A stretch of 64,000 bases of DNA from the IMG/VR virus record IMGVR_UViG_3300037507_005588, positions 1-64,000 of that record; one strand, given 5' to 3'. Of the stretch, positions 40,104-49,661 are shown one piece after another. The notes below the pieces were generated by a model that saw only the letters and a program-made list of their open reading frames with translations, did no database searches and was not told the origin of the DNA. Position 1 is the first letter of the stretch. Each line of letters begins with the position of its first letter. Position numbers and translations under genes: made by a program. This DNA is from a virus.

Positions 40104-40777
40104 TATTTTTTCTTCATAACAACCTCGTCGATGATTCCGTAGTCAACAGCCTCTTGAGCTGAGAGCCAAAAATCACGTGAAGCATCTTCAGTGACCTGTT
40201 CAGGTGTTTTACCACAGAAACCACCTAAAAGTTCGAATAAGATTTTGTTGGTTTTTTCCCATTCTTTGAAATTAATACGAGCGTCTTGGATATTACCACC
40301 AGCACCACCTGAAGTTTGGTGAAGCATTGTCTTGGAAAAACGGAGAGATGAACGTTTACCTTTAGTCCCCGCTCCCAAAAGAACTGAACCCATTGATGCT
40401 GCCATACCTGTGTTGACAGTGCGAATATCACACTTGATGTAGTCCATAACATCAACCATAGAAAGTCCTGATTTTACAGAACCACCAGGACTGTCAATAT
40501 GCATGGTGATGTCCAAATTGTCCGCAGAATCCAAATACATAAGTTGTGCTTGGACAACAGTCGACATACGGTCGTTTACCGGACCCGCAACCCACAATAG
40601 ACGTTCTCTCATCAAACGAGAAAAAATATCCATTTGAGTTACTCGCATTTCACGTTCCTCCAAAATGTAGGGGGTCATAGACGCTTTTACTTGTTCATCG
40701 TAGTAATGTAGGTTCATCGAAGACAAACCGTACTCGCTCATAGCGTACTTTTGGAAATCATTCATAGTTGGGTTCAT
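40103..40777 (-). CDS. clpP: ATP-dependent Clp protease proteolytic subunit
   Basis: DIFSRL, SPGGSV, GMAASMGS (catalytic Ser), MLHQ, RDFWLSAQEAVDYGIID. Confidence 0.95.
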   Translation of the reverse strand: MNPTMNDFQKYAMSEYGLSSMNLHYYDEQVKASMTPYILEEREMRVTQMDIFSRLMRERLLWVAGPVNDRMSTVVQAQLMYLDSADNLDITMHIDSPGGSVKSGLSMVDVMDYIKCDIRTVNTGMAASMGSVLLGAGTKGKRSSLRFSKTMLHQTSGGAGGNIQDARINFKEWEKTNKILFELLGGFCGKTPEQVTEDASRDFWLSAQEAVDYGIIDEVVMKKK

Positions 40778-40793
40778 AGTTTATAAAAATTAG

Positions 40794-40879
40794 TACCGCC
40801 TACCGGAATCGAACCGGTACGACCATTTCGGGTCGAGGGATTTTAAGTCCCTTGTGTCTACCTGTTTCACCAAGGCGGC
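40794..40879 (-). tRNA. tRNA-Leu(TAA)
   Basis: cloverleaf with long variable arm. Confidence 0.92.
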
Positions 40880-40910
40880 AACTTTAGGAATTATAGTTAT
40901 GTAATTTGTG

Positions 40911-41402
40911 TTAGACAAATGCGATTTGGAAATCATTCCAAATATTTTCAATCTCAACTGATAGTATCGAGGAGAAAATACTTGGTTCATAAGGTTTGTG
41001 ACGAAGTTTCATACCCGATTCCTCAGGAGTCCGATTACCTTTTTTCATGTTGCAAGTAGTACAACACGTTACCAAATTGTTCCAATTGTTTCTACCACCT
41101 CTTGATTTGGGTAGAACGTGGTCCAAAGTCAAATGTTTTTTACTTCCACAATAAACACATTCGTTATTGTCCCGACGATACAAACGTTTACGATTCAACT
41201 TTAACGGTGAGGCATGAAAACGTACATAATTCAACAAACGAATTACAATTGGTCTGACAAACTCACCAACAGTTGTTACAATTTTTTTGGAATCTTCCCG
41301 CAATACCTCAGCCTTTCCTTTTACAACAAGGATAAACCCTCTACGTAAACTTGTTACGTTGAGTGGGGTGTAATCTGAATTGAGAACTAATACTTGGTCC
41401 AT
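40911..41402 (-). CDS. HNH endonuclease (McrA-like)
   Basis: VLVLN..RD..CVYCG..TLDHVLPKSRGG..NLVTCC..CN..K. Confidence 0.9.
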   Translation of the reverse strand: MDQVLVLNSDYTPLNVTSLRRGFILVVKGKAEVLREDSKKIVTTVGEFVRPIVIRLLNYVRFHASPLKLNRKRLYRRDNNECVYCGSKKHLTLDHVLPKSRGGRNNWNNLVTCCTTCNMKKGNRTPEESGMKLRHKPYEPSIFSSILSVEIENIWNDFQIAFV

Positions 41403-41616
41403 GATTTCTATAATACAATACAAAGATAATAAAAATTTATGATAAAAAAAAAGTCCCTCGTAAGAAGGACCATATAATAATGCGTATTTATATCAATCGT
41501 TCCATGAGTTTGCGTCGAATGTATTGAAGTAATAAAAATCTCATATTGATAAATATTATCAACTTGTGTTTGTAATTTCAAAAAAAGTATGTATCTTTGG
41601 AGTGTTAAAAATATCT

Positions 41617-41690
41617 GCCTCCGTAGCTCAGCTGGATAGAGCAACGCACTTCTAATGCGTAGGTCATTGGTTCGAATCCAATCGGGGGTA
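41617..41690 (+). tRNA. tRNA-Arg(TCT)
   Basis: cloverleaf. Confidence 0.92.
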
Positions 41691-41709
41691 CAAAATTTTA
41701 GGGTTGAAT

Positions 41710-42063
41710 ATGGCACATCCAAACTTACACGCCAAATCCTCGGCGAAACAATTTGGGGGAAAACCTGAAGATTATATGCATCTTCATAATTGGATGGATG
41801 AAACAAAAGGATGGGTAGGAAATTCTAATCACAGAATTTTCAGACATCATTCAGAAGGTATTTTCGAAATGGAAAAGATATTCGGTGCAGAATTCACAAA
41901 CAGTGATGGAAAAGTTGTATACACAAGGTATGTTGGAGAACAACATGTAAAAGAAGACTGTAATAACTACATCCCATCTGCCAAAGAATGGGTTGACGCG
42001 ATGTTATCCCAAAAAAAACCAATGTGGATGCTCAGAACCGTGGAATTGGAATTCACTGACTGA
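41710..42063 (+). CDS. DUF6915-like protein
   Basis: MAHP..HA.SS..FGG..HR..RHH.EG..EQHV.ED. Confidence 0.65.
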   Translation: MAHPNLHAKSSAKQFGGKPEDYMHLHNWMDETKGWVGNSNHRIFRHHSEGIFEMEKIFGAEFTNSDGKVVYTRYVGEQHVKEDCNNYIPSAKEWVDAMLSQKKPMWMLRTVELEFTD

Positions 42064-42074
42064 TATTTATTATT

Positions 42075-42755
42075 ATGACAGAAAAACAAACAAAAATTTT
42101 TGAGCTTATTGCAAAGGCTATACAGTCAAAAGGGTGCGACTATGGTAGTTTCAATGTAGAATATTACTCCGACTACGTATTTCACGGAAGAGATTTTGAG
42201 TGTGGTGAATTTAAGGGAACTGGTAAATTACCTTTCGACGTTTCTGAAATTCTCTCAGATTGGTACAATGAAAATAAATGGGAAAGGTACATTGATGAAG
42301 ATTCATTGAGTAGTGTCGAAATGAAAATTATTCCATCTGAAAGGAAAATACAACTTATTGGGTATTATTACGAATATCAAACTGACGATTCTGAAGTTAC
42401 AGAAGCTGACTTACCAAACGACGAGGAGATTAATAATTTGATTGATAATTTTGAGTTAGAAGGTCATACAAAATTGTATATTGAATTTAACGGAGGTGGT
42501 GATGATGGAGAAATCTTACTTAGGGAAGTAAAAAGTGAAAATCACAGTGAATTATTGAACTTAAGGGGTGATGTTTACCGACCACTTACAAATTTTGTCT
42601 ATCAGATGCTTGAAAATGAGTATGGTGGTTGGGAAAACAATGATGGTGCCGAAGGTGAATTTGTCATAGATTTGGAGGAAAAAAATGTTACTTTATATTT
42701 CAGACGTAACTTCACTGTTGACAAACCTGAGGTTTTATTTGAAATGAACTATTAA
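42075..42755 (+). CDS. DUF6878-like protein
   Basis: FNGGGDDG..GWENNDGAEG. Confidence 0.55.
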   Translation: MTEKQTKIFELIAKAIQSKGCDYGSFNVEYYSDYVFHGRDFECGEFKGTGKLPFDVSEILSDWYNENKWERYIDEDSLSSVEMKIIPSERKIQLIGYYYEYQTDDSEVTEADLPNDEEINNLIDNFELEGHTKLYIEFNGGGDDGEILLREVKSENHSELLNLRGDVYRPLTNFVYQMLENEYGGWENNDGAEGEFVIDLEEKNVTLYFRRNFTVDKPEVLFEMNY

Positions 42756-42758
42756 TAT

Positions 42759-43394
42759 ATGTCATTATTAAATTCTAACATTCCGAGTTTCAAAGCTCTG
42801 ATGAGAAAATCACATATTACTAAAAATCAGAATGACTCTGAAACTTACGTCAATGTTTATGTTTTTGGATTACAGTCTTGTGATGGTAAAATTTTGACAT
42901 TCCACGTTATGACTGATGATGGAATGGTTCGAAGTAGGGTACCGATTTCCGAGATTTTTACCAAAATACCCACAAACGACATTCCATTCAACTTCAAACA
43001 ATTATGGGATTGTTTTTCAAATAATGTAACCGTGGTAGAATATGATTTCCTAAACTCCCACAGAGCTCAGATTGTTCTAAGAGATGGGACAAAAGTTTGG
43101 GGAACTTATATGTTTACCGTAGATTGGTTTGACAATCCCTATAGTGATGAACCATCAGATTATAAATGTGGACATATTTTCAAATCTGACGATGGATACT
43201 TGTTATGTCAACCAAACAATCGTATATTTTGGAAAGACTCAAATTGGGTTACCAAAAAAATGTCAGACGATTTGAAACAATACAAAGTTGATACAGACTT
43301 ACCTTCAGTTGAAAATCGTTCGGATAGGTGGATTACAGAAGATACAAACAGTTTTTATTATGACATTAAACCAATCGTGGATGAGACGCCCTGA
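42759..43394 (+). CDS. conserved phage hypothetical protein
   Basis: QLWDCFS..YMFTVDW..QPNNR. Confidence 0.7.
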   Translation: MSLLNSNIPSFKALMRKSHITKNQNDSETYVNVYVFGLQSCDGKILTFHVMTDDGMVRSRVPISEIFTKIPTNDIPFNFKQLWDCFSNNVTVVEYDFLNSHRAQIVLRDGTKVWGTYMFTVDWFDNPYSDEPSDYKCGHIFKSDDGYLLCQPNNRIFWKDSNWVTKKMSDDLKQYKVDTDLPSVENRSDRWITEDTNSFYYDIKPIVDETP

Positions 43395-43639
43395 TTTAAG
43401 AAACGTCAACCCATGGGTCAAAGTAGACCGAGATACTTACCAAATCCTTCAAATAGGTTCATTTGAAGAAATCAACAAATCCAAGATTGATGGTCATACG
43501 ATGACTCTTTATTTACATACTCAAATTCTTGAGGAACGATATGATGAAGAAATGATTGAATTTGCCGAAAAAGATTAATTTGCCAAACAAAGTCTGATTT
43601 TTCTTTGATTATAATTTTGTTTGGCATATCTTTGTCCTT

Positions 43640-44230
43640 ATGAAAGTTTTATTCTTAGATAACGACGGTGTAATTTGTCTTGCCAACACTTGGGGGACTA
43701 GAAACAAAAAACGCCAAAAGGCGGGTCTTTCCACTAAAGTACCTTTTAAGGAACTACCTCTTGATGTTAGGTTCGACAACTTTGACAAGAAATCAGTTCA
43801 AGTATTGAATGAAATTTTGGAAGAAACTGGTGCTGAACTTGTTGTCAGTTCTGATTGGAGATTTTACGCAACACTCGAAGAACTCGGTGATTACTACCAA
43901 TCTCAAGGTATTAATAAAAGACCAATTGACGTCACCGAAAAGTTTTCTGATGCGTTTCCTAAAGAATGGAGTGGTCTAAGATTCAGGGCCGAACTTGAGC
44001 TCGAAAGGTTTATGGAAATTGAACTTTGGTTGGAAAATCATCCCGAAGTTACTCAATGGGTTGCAGTTGATGATTTGGATATGAGTATTGATTATCTTGG
44101 ACCGAGGTTTTCAGATAAGAATGGTTCCGATAAAAAACCAGGTCTTACCAATTTTGTTTTAACTCCAAAGTCAACTGAAGGTATTAAACAATATGGTATT
44201 AAAGATAAAATTTTGAAATATTTATTATAA
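43640..44230 (+). CDS. HAD-superfamily protein (HAD_SAK_2, RNA-repair-associated type)
   Basis: FLDNDGV, VSSDWR, VAVDD. Confidence 0.75.
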   Translation: MKVLFLDNDGVICLANTWGTRNKKRQKAGLSTKVPFKELPLDVRFDNFDKKSVQVLNEILEETGAELVVSSDWRFYATLEELGDYYQSQGINKRPIDVTEKFSDAFPKEWSGLRFRAELELERFMEIELWLENHPEVTQWVAVDDLDMSIDYLGPRFSDKNGSDKKPGLTNFVLTPKSTEGIKQYGIKDKILKYLL

Positions 44231-44835
44231 TGATTATTATAGACAACTTCATCAAAGACTTAGATTTTTTGGAAAGAATTGAAAAATCTGATAAATTTTG
44301 GGAACGTGGATATCAGTGGTACGACGGTTGGTGGAATCTCGAACCGAATAATTTAAGACATCACTTAATCAAAGCTATTTGGGGTCCCAACTCACCTCAT
44401 CCCAATATTTCATGTTTGGGATTCGAACATTGGGTTGGTGATTTTACAGACACATCTGAAAGTTTTGAACAAATGGGTAGAGAATATTCTTTGAAACTCC
44501 ATTTTGACAAAGACGAAGATTATTGGAAAGAACATAAAACAATTCTTGGTCCTAAAATAGGTACGGTATTTTACCCATGTAGGGAAATTAACGAAATGGA
44601 AGGTGGTATGTTATACCATTGGGAGAATTATGATTCATCCAAGTTAACTCCTGAAGGTTGGTTGACAGAACCTGAAGATGAGCCCGAAATCATCAAAGCT
44701 AAATTCAATAGATTGATTATTTTTGATGCGTCAAAACTACACGGGGTTTCCAAAGTAACCAAAGGTAGACGTAGAGCTATTGCAATTAATTTGTGGGACA
44801 AAAAACCACTCGAATTTGTCAATAAAGATTATTAA
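44230..44835 (+). CDS. 2OG-Fe(II) oxygenase
   Basis: HFDKD..GG..FNRL..LHGV..R. Confidence 0.75.
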   Translation: MIIIDNFIKDLDFLERIEKSDKFWERGYQWYDGWWNLEPNNLRHHLIKAIWGPNSPHPNISCLGFEHWVGDFTDTSESFEQMGREYSLKLHFDKDEDYWKEHKTILGPKIGTVFYPCREINEMEGGMLYHWENYDSSKLTPEGWLTEPEDEPEIIKAKFNRLIIFDASKLHGVSKVTKGRRRAIAINLWDKKPLEFVNKDY

Positions 44836-44913
44836 TTAAACTGACATGGTTTGTTCAATTTGTGGTATGGAAATCGATGAAAGAATCTCAGAAGAATATA
44901 TTGCGGGAGATGT

Positions 44914-45957
44914 TCATTTAGCCTGTTCGATTTCCGAAAGTTGATTTTGGAAAATTTGTATTTGTAATCTATAATAAAGAATTTTCTGATTCAAATCCAA
45001 AATTTCTTTGGAGTTTTTGTTCCTAATCAAAGAGTTATCTGTTTGATTCAACATTTCATTTTCTAATTCGGAAATTTTTTTCTGCACCGATAAAATGTTG
45101 TTTTTATACAAAAGAGTTTTTCTATTCAATTTATCTATGTCAAAGAGGTGTCGACGTTCTTCATCAGTCATATCGTTGTGATAGTAATGTGCTTTAACAT
45201 TTGACAATCCATACGGGGGAGTCCCAAAACAAAAAACAAAATTGGAGGGGAGTGTAAAACCTCTTTTCACCAAAGATTCATTAAGTTCGTTGATATATCC
45301 TGTGTTTTTTGGGTGCGGATTCTCAAATTCATACCCGAACATTTTAATATCTAAATCGAATCTATTTGCAACGATTTCTTTTGTTTCATCCGTATAATAT
45401 TGTTTATAATCTCTATCTTTTTCGTTCAAATATGACTCGTTGGTCATAGGTAGAAAACTATCTTTTAACTTCAAATGAGTTGAAATTAAGTCAAAATCCT
45501 CATTGAGTTTTTCAAAAGCACCAATAAAGTTGACAATAAATTTACCACTCTCATCAATTAGATAATACGTTTGAGGTGTGCGGTTACTATAATAACAAGT
45601 TCTTAACCATTCCAAATCTACATGAGGGTCATTGGTAGGTAATCTATCTTGCATCTGTAAAATATTTCCATTGAATTTCCAATTTATGAATTCATCAAAT
45701 GTCATATCGATATTCTTATTCCTGACATAATACCTCCAACAAGAAACTTGGAGGTCCCATGGATTTCTTACAAAAGCAAATTTGAATAAAGATTCAAAAA
45801 AAATTGGTTCCAACCAATCACGGTATTGGACGGATAGAGCGTGAGTTAATTCGTGATACAAAAATTCTGTATACGAATGAAGTGAGTCTTCAATTGAGGA
45901 CCCAGCCGTTTTTGGGATATGAATAAAAAGAAACGGAGGGTCAGTAGATAAAACCAT
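44914..45957 (-). CDS. sulfotransferase family 2 protein
   Basis: FIHIPKTAGSS; FVRNPWD..VS. Confidence 0.85.
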   Translation of the reverse strand: MVLSTDPPFLFIHIPKTAGSSIEDSLHSYTEFLYHELTHALSVQYRDWLEPIFFESLFKFAFVRNPWDLQVSCWRYYVRNKNIDMTFDEFINWKFNGNILQMQDRLPTNDPHVDLEWLRTCYYSNRTPQTYYLIDESGKFIVNFIGAFEKLNEDFDLISTHLKLKDSFLPMTNESYLNEKDRDYKQYYTDETKEIVANRFDLDIKMFGYEFENPHPKNTGYINELNESLVKRGFTLPSNFVFCFGTPPYGLSNVKAHYYHNDMTDEERRHLFDIDKLNRKTLLYKNNILSVQKKISELENEMLNQTDNSLIRNKNSKEILDLNQKILYYRLQIQIFQNQLSEIEQAK

Positions 45958-45978
45958 AAAAAAAATATCGTCAAACTA

Positions 45979-46009
45979 TTTGACATGTAAAATAAATTTT
46001 ATAACTTTG
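45979..46009 (+). promoter_or_regulatory. Bacteroidota housekeeping-sigma promoter (TTTG-N19-TAACTTTG), representative copy
   Basis: further TAnnTTTG elements at 27726, 41592, 43627, 46549, 51178, 53256, 53899, 55208, 57168 and 57696; minus strand at 26979 and 61284. Confidence 0.8.
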
Positions 46010-46027
46010 TGGTATAATTATAAAGAT

Positions 46028-46126
46028 ATGAAAACGCACGTTCAAAATATTGTAGGTTTTATGATTGATGTCATTTGTCAAAAATGGTTTCAGCGTCCTA
46101 TATTTAGTTCGGGTATTTTCATGTAA
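46028..46126 (+). CDS. putative attenuator leader peptide MKTHVQNIVGFMIDVICQKWFQRPIFSSGIFM
   Basis: 32-aa ORF between promoter and terminator; contains the antiterminator strand. Confidence 0.65.
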   Translation: MKTHVQNIVGFMIDVICQKWFQRPIFSSGIFM

Positions 46127-46150
46127 ACTACAAAGTTAACAAAATATTAC

Positions 46151-46180
46151 AACCCGAACTCACAAGGTTCGGGTTTTTTG
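46151..46180 (+). terminator. terminator of putative attenuator
   Basis: AACCCGAACT-CACAA-GGTTCGGGTT-TTTT; 5' arm also pairs with 46106-46114. Confidence 0.8.
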
Positions 46181-46220
46181 TTTTATCTTTGTAAGTTCTT
46201 TGACATATTAGTAGCCATAA

Positions 46221-46293
46221 GGTATTGTAGCTCAGTTGGTAGAGCACCAGACTGAAAATCTGGGTGTCACTGGTTCGATTCCAGTCAGTACCA
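46221..46293 (+). tRNA. tRNA-Phe(GAA)
   Basis: cloverleaf. Confidence 0.92.
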
Positions 46294-46301
46294 CAACAAA
46301 C

Positions 46302-46375
46302 AGGCATTTAGCTCAGATGGTTAGAGCACCTCGCTGATACCGAGGGGGTCGTAGGTTCGAGTCCTACATTGCCTA
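46302..46375 (+). tRNA. tRNA-Ile(GAT)
   Basis: cloverleaf. Confidence 0.92.
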
Positions 46376-46379
46376 CAAA

Positions 46380-46452
46380 GACTTCTTAGCTCAGCTGGTA
46401 GAGCAATACACTTTTAATGTATGGGTCCCGAGTTCGAATCTCGGAGGAGTCA
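46380..46452 (+). tRNA. tRNA-Lys(TTT)
   Basis: cloverleaf. Confidence 0.92.
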
Positions 46453-46456
46453 CAAA

Positions 46457-46531
46457 GCACCCTTAGCTCAGTTGGTTCAGAGCATCTCGTTTACACCGAG
46501 AGGGTCGGGAGTTCGAGTCTCTCAGGGTGCA
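46457..46531 (+). tRNA. tRNA-Val(TAC)
   Basis: cloverleaf. Confidence 0.92.
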
Positions 46532-46560
46532 CTTTCAAATTTTTTTCTTATATTTGTATT

Positions 46561-47151
46561 ATGAAAGAATTAATCTTAGAACGTGTCACAAACACTTTGG
46601 TTGATTTTCAAATTGACGAAGGTTCAGAACAGAGAACCGTTGGAGATTTGATTGAATACCAAATCAAACAAATCATCATGGGACTCAAGGACTCCAACTT
46701 GGTGAGAGAATGTTTGGAACCACGTAGCAAAAAATCAATTGAAGATGTGACTTTGATTGGGGTCGACAATATAACAAATTATATTGACACAAAAACCCAC
46801 GATGTTGATTCTGAATTTTCAATGCCAAATTTAACATCCGTTGAAAAAATCCGAAAGTTACTTTTGGATGATTCCAAATCATTAATCTACGTGTTCGTTT
46901 CTTATAAAAAAGAAAACAATATTGTCACAATTCAAAAAATCCAAGTAAAATATATTTGGGAAATTGACTTCTCAATTCTTAGAATTGGTTCATTGGGAAA
47001 GGGACAACTTCAAATTTCAGATATGAATAAAGAATTGGTCTTCACCGAAGAAGGAAAAGTATCTTGGTTTGAAAAACTCAAATCCAAAGTTCGAGAATAT
47101 CATCAAGATAGAATCAATCAAATCGAAAAAGACAAATTGTCTTGGTTATAA
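46561..47151 (+). CDS. PD-(D/E)xK nuclease, HincII-like restriction endonuclease fold
   Basis: GDLIE..EDV..IDTKT..PNLTS..QLQI resembles the HincII motif order. Confidence 0.5.
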   Translation: MKELILERVTNTLVDFQIDEGSEQRTVGDLIEYQIKQIIMGLKDSNLVRECLEPRSKKSIEDVTLIGVDNITNYIDTKTHDVDSEFSMPNLTSVEKIRKLLLDDSKSLIYVFVSYKKENNIVTIQKIQVKYIWEIDFSILRIGSLGKGQLQISDMNKELVFTEEGKVSWFEKLKSKVREYHQDRINQIEKDKLSWL

Positions 47152-47153
47152 AT

Positions 47154-47228
47154 GGTGGATATAGTTCAGTTGGTTAGAACGTCTGATTGTGGTTCAGAAG
47201 GTCGTGGGTTCGAATCCCATTATTCACC
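47154..47228 (+). tRNA. tRNA-His(GTG) with encoded G-1
   Basis: cloverleaf; G-1:C73. Confidence 0.92.
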
Positions 47229-47233
47229 CAAAT

Positions 47234-47307
47234 GGTCTTGTACCCAAGTGGTTTAAGGGAGCGCTCTGCAAAAGCGTCAGTCGTCAGTTCGAATCTGACC
47301 GAGACCT
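47234..47307 (+). tRNA. tRNA-Cys(GCA)
   Basis: cloverleaf; U73. Confidence 0.92.
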
Positions 47308-47313
47308 CAATTT

Positions 47314-47384
47314 TACCCTCTCGTATAATGGCAGTACAAGCGGTTTTGGTCCGCTGAATTGGGGTTCGAGTCCCTGGGGGGTAA
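47314..47384 (+). tRNA. tRNA-Gln(TTG)
   Basis: cloverleaf; U1-A72. Confidence 0.9.
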
Positions 47385-47389
47385 CAATT

Positions 47390-47460
47390 GCGTCCATAGT
47401 GTAATGGTAACATCACGGTCTCCAAAACCGTTGTTCTAGGTTCGAGTCCTAGTGGGCGTG
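47390..47460 (+). tRNA. tRNA-Trp(CCA)
   Basis: cloverleaf; G73. Confidence 0.9.
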
Positions 47461-47541
47461 CTAAAAGTTATGATGTATAAGAACCCAATTTTGTTGTTGG
47501 AACAGAAAGGATAACAATCCCTTCGGGGACATTATCTCATC

Positions 47542-49644
47542 TTATGTGAATTGTAAACTCCAAGAAAGTATTTCGTGATTGTCATTATTACCTCCTGTTG
47601 CAGCACCGAATCCCATGTAGTAAGAACCAGTGTCAAATGAGAAACTGCTATATGTAATGTTTGGAGAACCTGGTTTACTATTTGTTGTATTGTAATATAA
47701 TGATAGTGTTTGAGCTGAATTATTATAATCCGCCCAGAAATATAATTGTTGTCTCCAAAATCCTGCACTTACACTTGTAGTTGATTGTAAGACATTACTC
47801 TTATACCATTGGAAATTATTAACTGTAAAGGTGTAGAATCCGATGGCATTTATTGTTGATGATGATTCTATTCTACCAACACCGCCACCACTAGTTCCAT
47901 TGGTATTATTTGTTGTTGTCCATTGTACACAATATCCATCGGCACCTGTTCCTCCGCCAATAAAAGATGACCATTGAGCTGAGAAGTTTCTATTGTATTG
48001 AATTGCAGTCGTCCTATACATATTTCCAACTGAGGCACTTGTTGTTGTTGTTAAAGCAATAATAGTACCTCCCGATACTGCAGCGGCTCCAACAAGAGTA
48101 ATACCATCAGTTGATGTAAAGTTAGGGTAACTAAATCCTTGTAAGTTAGTTGTATTTGTCGATGTTGGGGTTGGAGTTTGTGTATTGGTTGGTGTCTGAG
48201 TTGGAGTAGTTGTTGGTGTAAAACTTGGAGTCAAACTACTCGTTGGTGTTTGTGTAGGTGTTTGAGTACTTGTTGGACTTGGTGTTGGAGTGACTCCTGG
48301 ATTTATTACCAAACTTACATATACAGGTACACCTATTGTGAATTGTGTTGTTGCGGATTGTATTAGTACGGCATTTCCGGAGGGTACATTTGTAGGAGGT
48401 GCACCTATACCAGCACCAAAAACAAATCCATTGTTTGATGGCGATTCTTGCCAATATTTGAAAGAGTCAGTATCACCTGAATAAATTGCTGTAATACCTG
48501 CTTGATAGAATGTTATGGTCACACTTTGACCTGTAAACACCGAATAATAATTTGTTCTATTAACACTTTCTGAATCTATACTATTGAGGTAAAATCCTCT
48601 ACCTCCTGTTGCTAAAACATTTATGTCTGTACTTCCTGATGTAATTCCACCAGTACTGTTCATAATAGAATTACCTGAAGAAGGGAAGCTGTATGGAAGT
48701 GCTACCAAATTAAATGAATAACCCGTTAACGCAACTGGTGAGGTCGAAGGTGTGGGAGTATTTGTGGGACTAACCGTTGGAGTGTTTGTATTCGTTTGAG
48801 TCGGAGTTGTTGTTGGTGTTGGTGATGGAGTTCCAATAACACAAACATTATTTACTCCTTCTGCAGGTGTATATAATGCAAAGAATGTATGTAATGGTTG
48901 TGTAACTGGATTTGATGAAGTATAAATTAATACATTATTTTTATAATATGTAACATTCGTTCCATTATATTCTACCTTCCATACATCAGTTGATAAGGTA
49001 GTTATTGAACCTGGAACATTAACTTGGTTACCATTTTCATATATCTCTATGAAATTATTTTGTAAGTATATTCCATATGAAATATTAACATATGTCTCAA
49101 CATTTCCTGTTGGATTATAAGAGAATCCACCCATTAAGATGTTACCATTAGCTGTAGTTTGGAAGGTCAATGTAACAGGAGTTGTATATGTTTCCAAGGA
49201 ATATGCCGATGAATCCCAACCACCAGCAGATGTTTTTATTGCTGAAGTTGTTGTTGTGTTTGCATTAATACTATTAAATGTAAATGAATCACAGAGAGAC
49301 ACACCATATGATGTCCAATAACCATTATTATTTAACCATGTTTTTGCTTCTTCTCCAGTTGCAAATGATTGACCAGCAATAGTTTCTGATAAAGTAATAA
49401 ACGACCCTTCAGTTAAATCGGTTGACCTGAAAAATCCCAAAAATGCGGTTGTGCCGTCGGCACCTGGTTGACCACTTGGAGTTTGGTGGGTGATTACATA
49501 TCCCAAATCTTCATCAGGACCATTCCAAAATTTTGGACTTTGGGTAAATCCAGATGTTGGTGTACCAATTGCTAAATTACCTAACTGTTCTGTTCCATCA
49601 ATTGATGAACCCAAATTATAAGCGAAAGGACGAGTTGTTGCCAT
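47542..49644 (-). CDS. probable virion fibre/adhesin with Pro-Thr linkers and C-terminal L-type (ConA-like) lectin domain
   Basis: PTPT repeats; GADG..Y.GFGAATGG..HEILSW. Confidence 0.7.
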   Translation of the reverse strand: MATTRPFAYNLGSSIDGTEQLGNLAIGTPTSGFTQSPKFWNGPDEDLGYVITHQTPSGQPGADGTTAFLGFFRSTDLTEGSFITLSETIAGQSFATGEEAKTWLNNNGYWTSYGVSLCDSFTFNSINANTTTTSAIKTSAGGWDSSAYSLETYTTPVTLTFQTTANGNILMGGFSYNPTGNVETYVNISYGIYLQNNFIEIYENGNQVNVPGSITTLSTDVWKVEYNGTNVTYYKNNVLIYTSSNPVTQPLHTFFALYTPAEGVNNVCVIGTPSPTPTTTPTQTNTNTPTVSPTNTPTPSTSPVALTGYSFNLVALPYSFPSSGNSIMNSTGGITSGSTDINVLATGGRGFYLNSIDSESVNRTNYYSVFTGQSVTITFYQAGITAIYSGDTDSFKYWQESPSNNGFVFGAGIGAPPTNVPSGNAVLIQSATTQFTIGVPVYVSLVINPGVTPTPSPTSTQTPTQTPTSSLTPSFTPTTTPTQTPTNTQTPTPTSTNTTNLQGFSYPNFTSTDGITLVGAAAVSGGTIIALTTTTSASVGNMYRTTAIQYNRNFSAQWSSFIGGGTGADGYCVQWTTTNNTNGTSGGGVGRIESSSTINAIGFYTFTVNNFQWYKSNVLQSTTSVSAGFWRQQLYFWADYNNSAQTLSLYYNTTNSKPGSPNITYSSFSFDTGSYYMGFGAATGGNNDNHEILSWSLQFT

Positions 49645-49661
49645 GGACAACAATAAATACT

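Noticed and set aside
40911-41402. Cas9/IscB-type effector for the repeat array
   Set aside because: Only 163 aa, a stand-alone McrA-like HNH without RuvC motifs, 14 kb from the array.
46417-46560. N-terminal extension of the 46417-47151 ORF
   Set aside because: It overlaps tRNA-Lys and tRNA-Val; the real start is ATG 46561 after TATATTTG. The same applies to the 26974-27057 extension over tRNA-Ser.
47174-47425. Short ORFs over tRNA or ncRNA clusters (also 27145, 40790, 41408, 51141-51632, 53842, 54708, 55238)
   Set aside because: Shadow frames of RNA genes or of longer CDSs.
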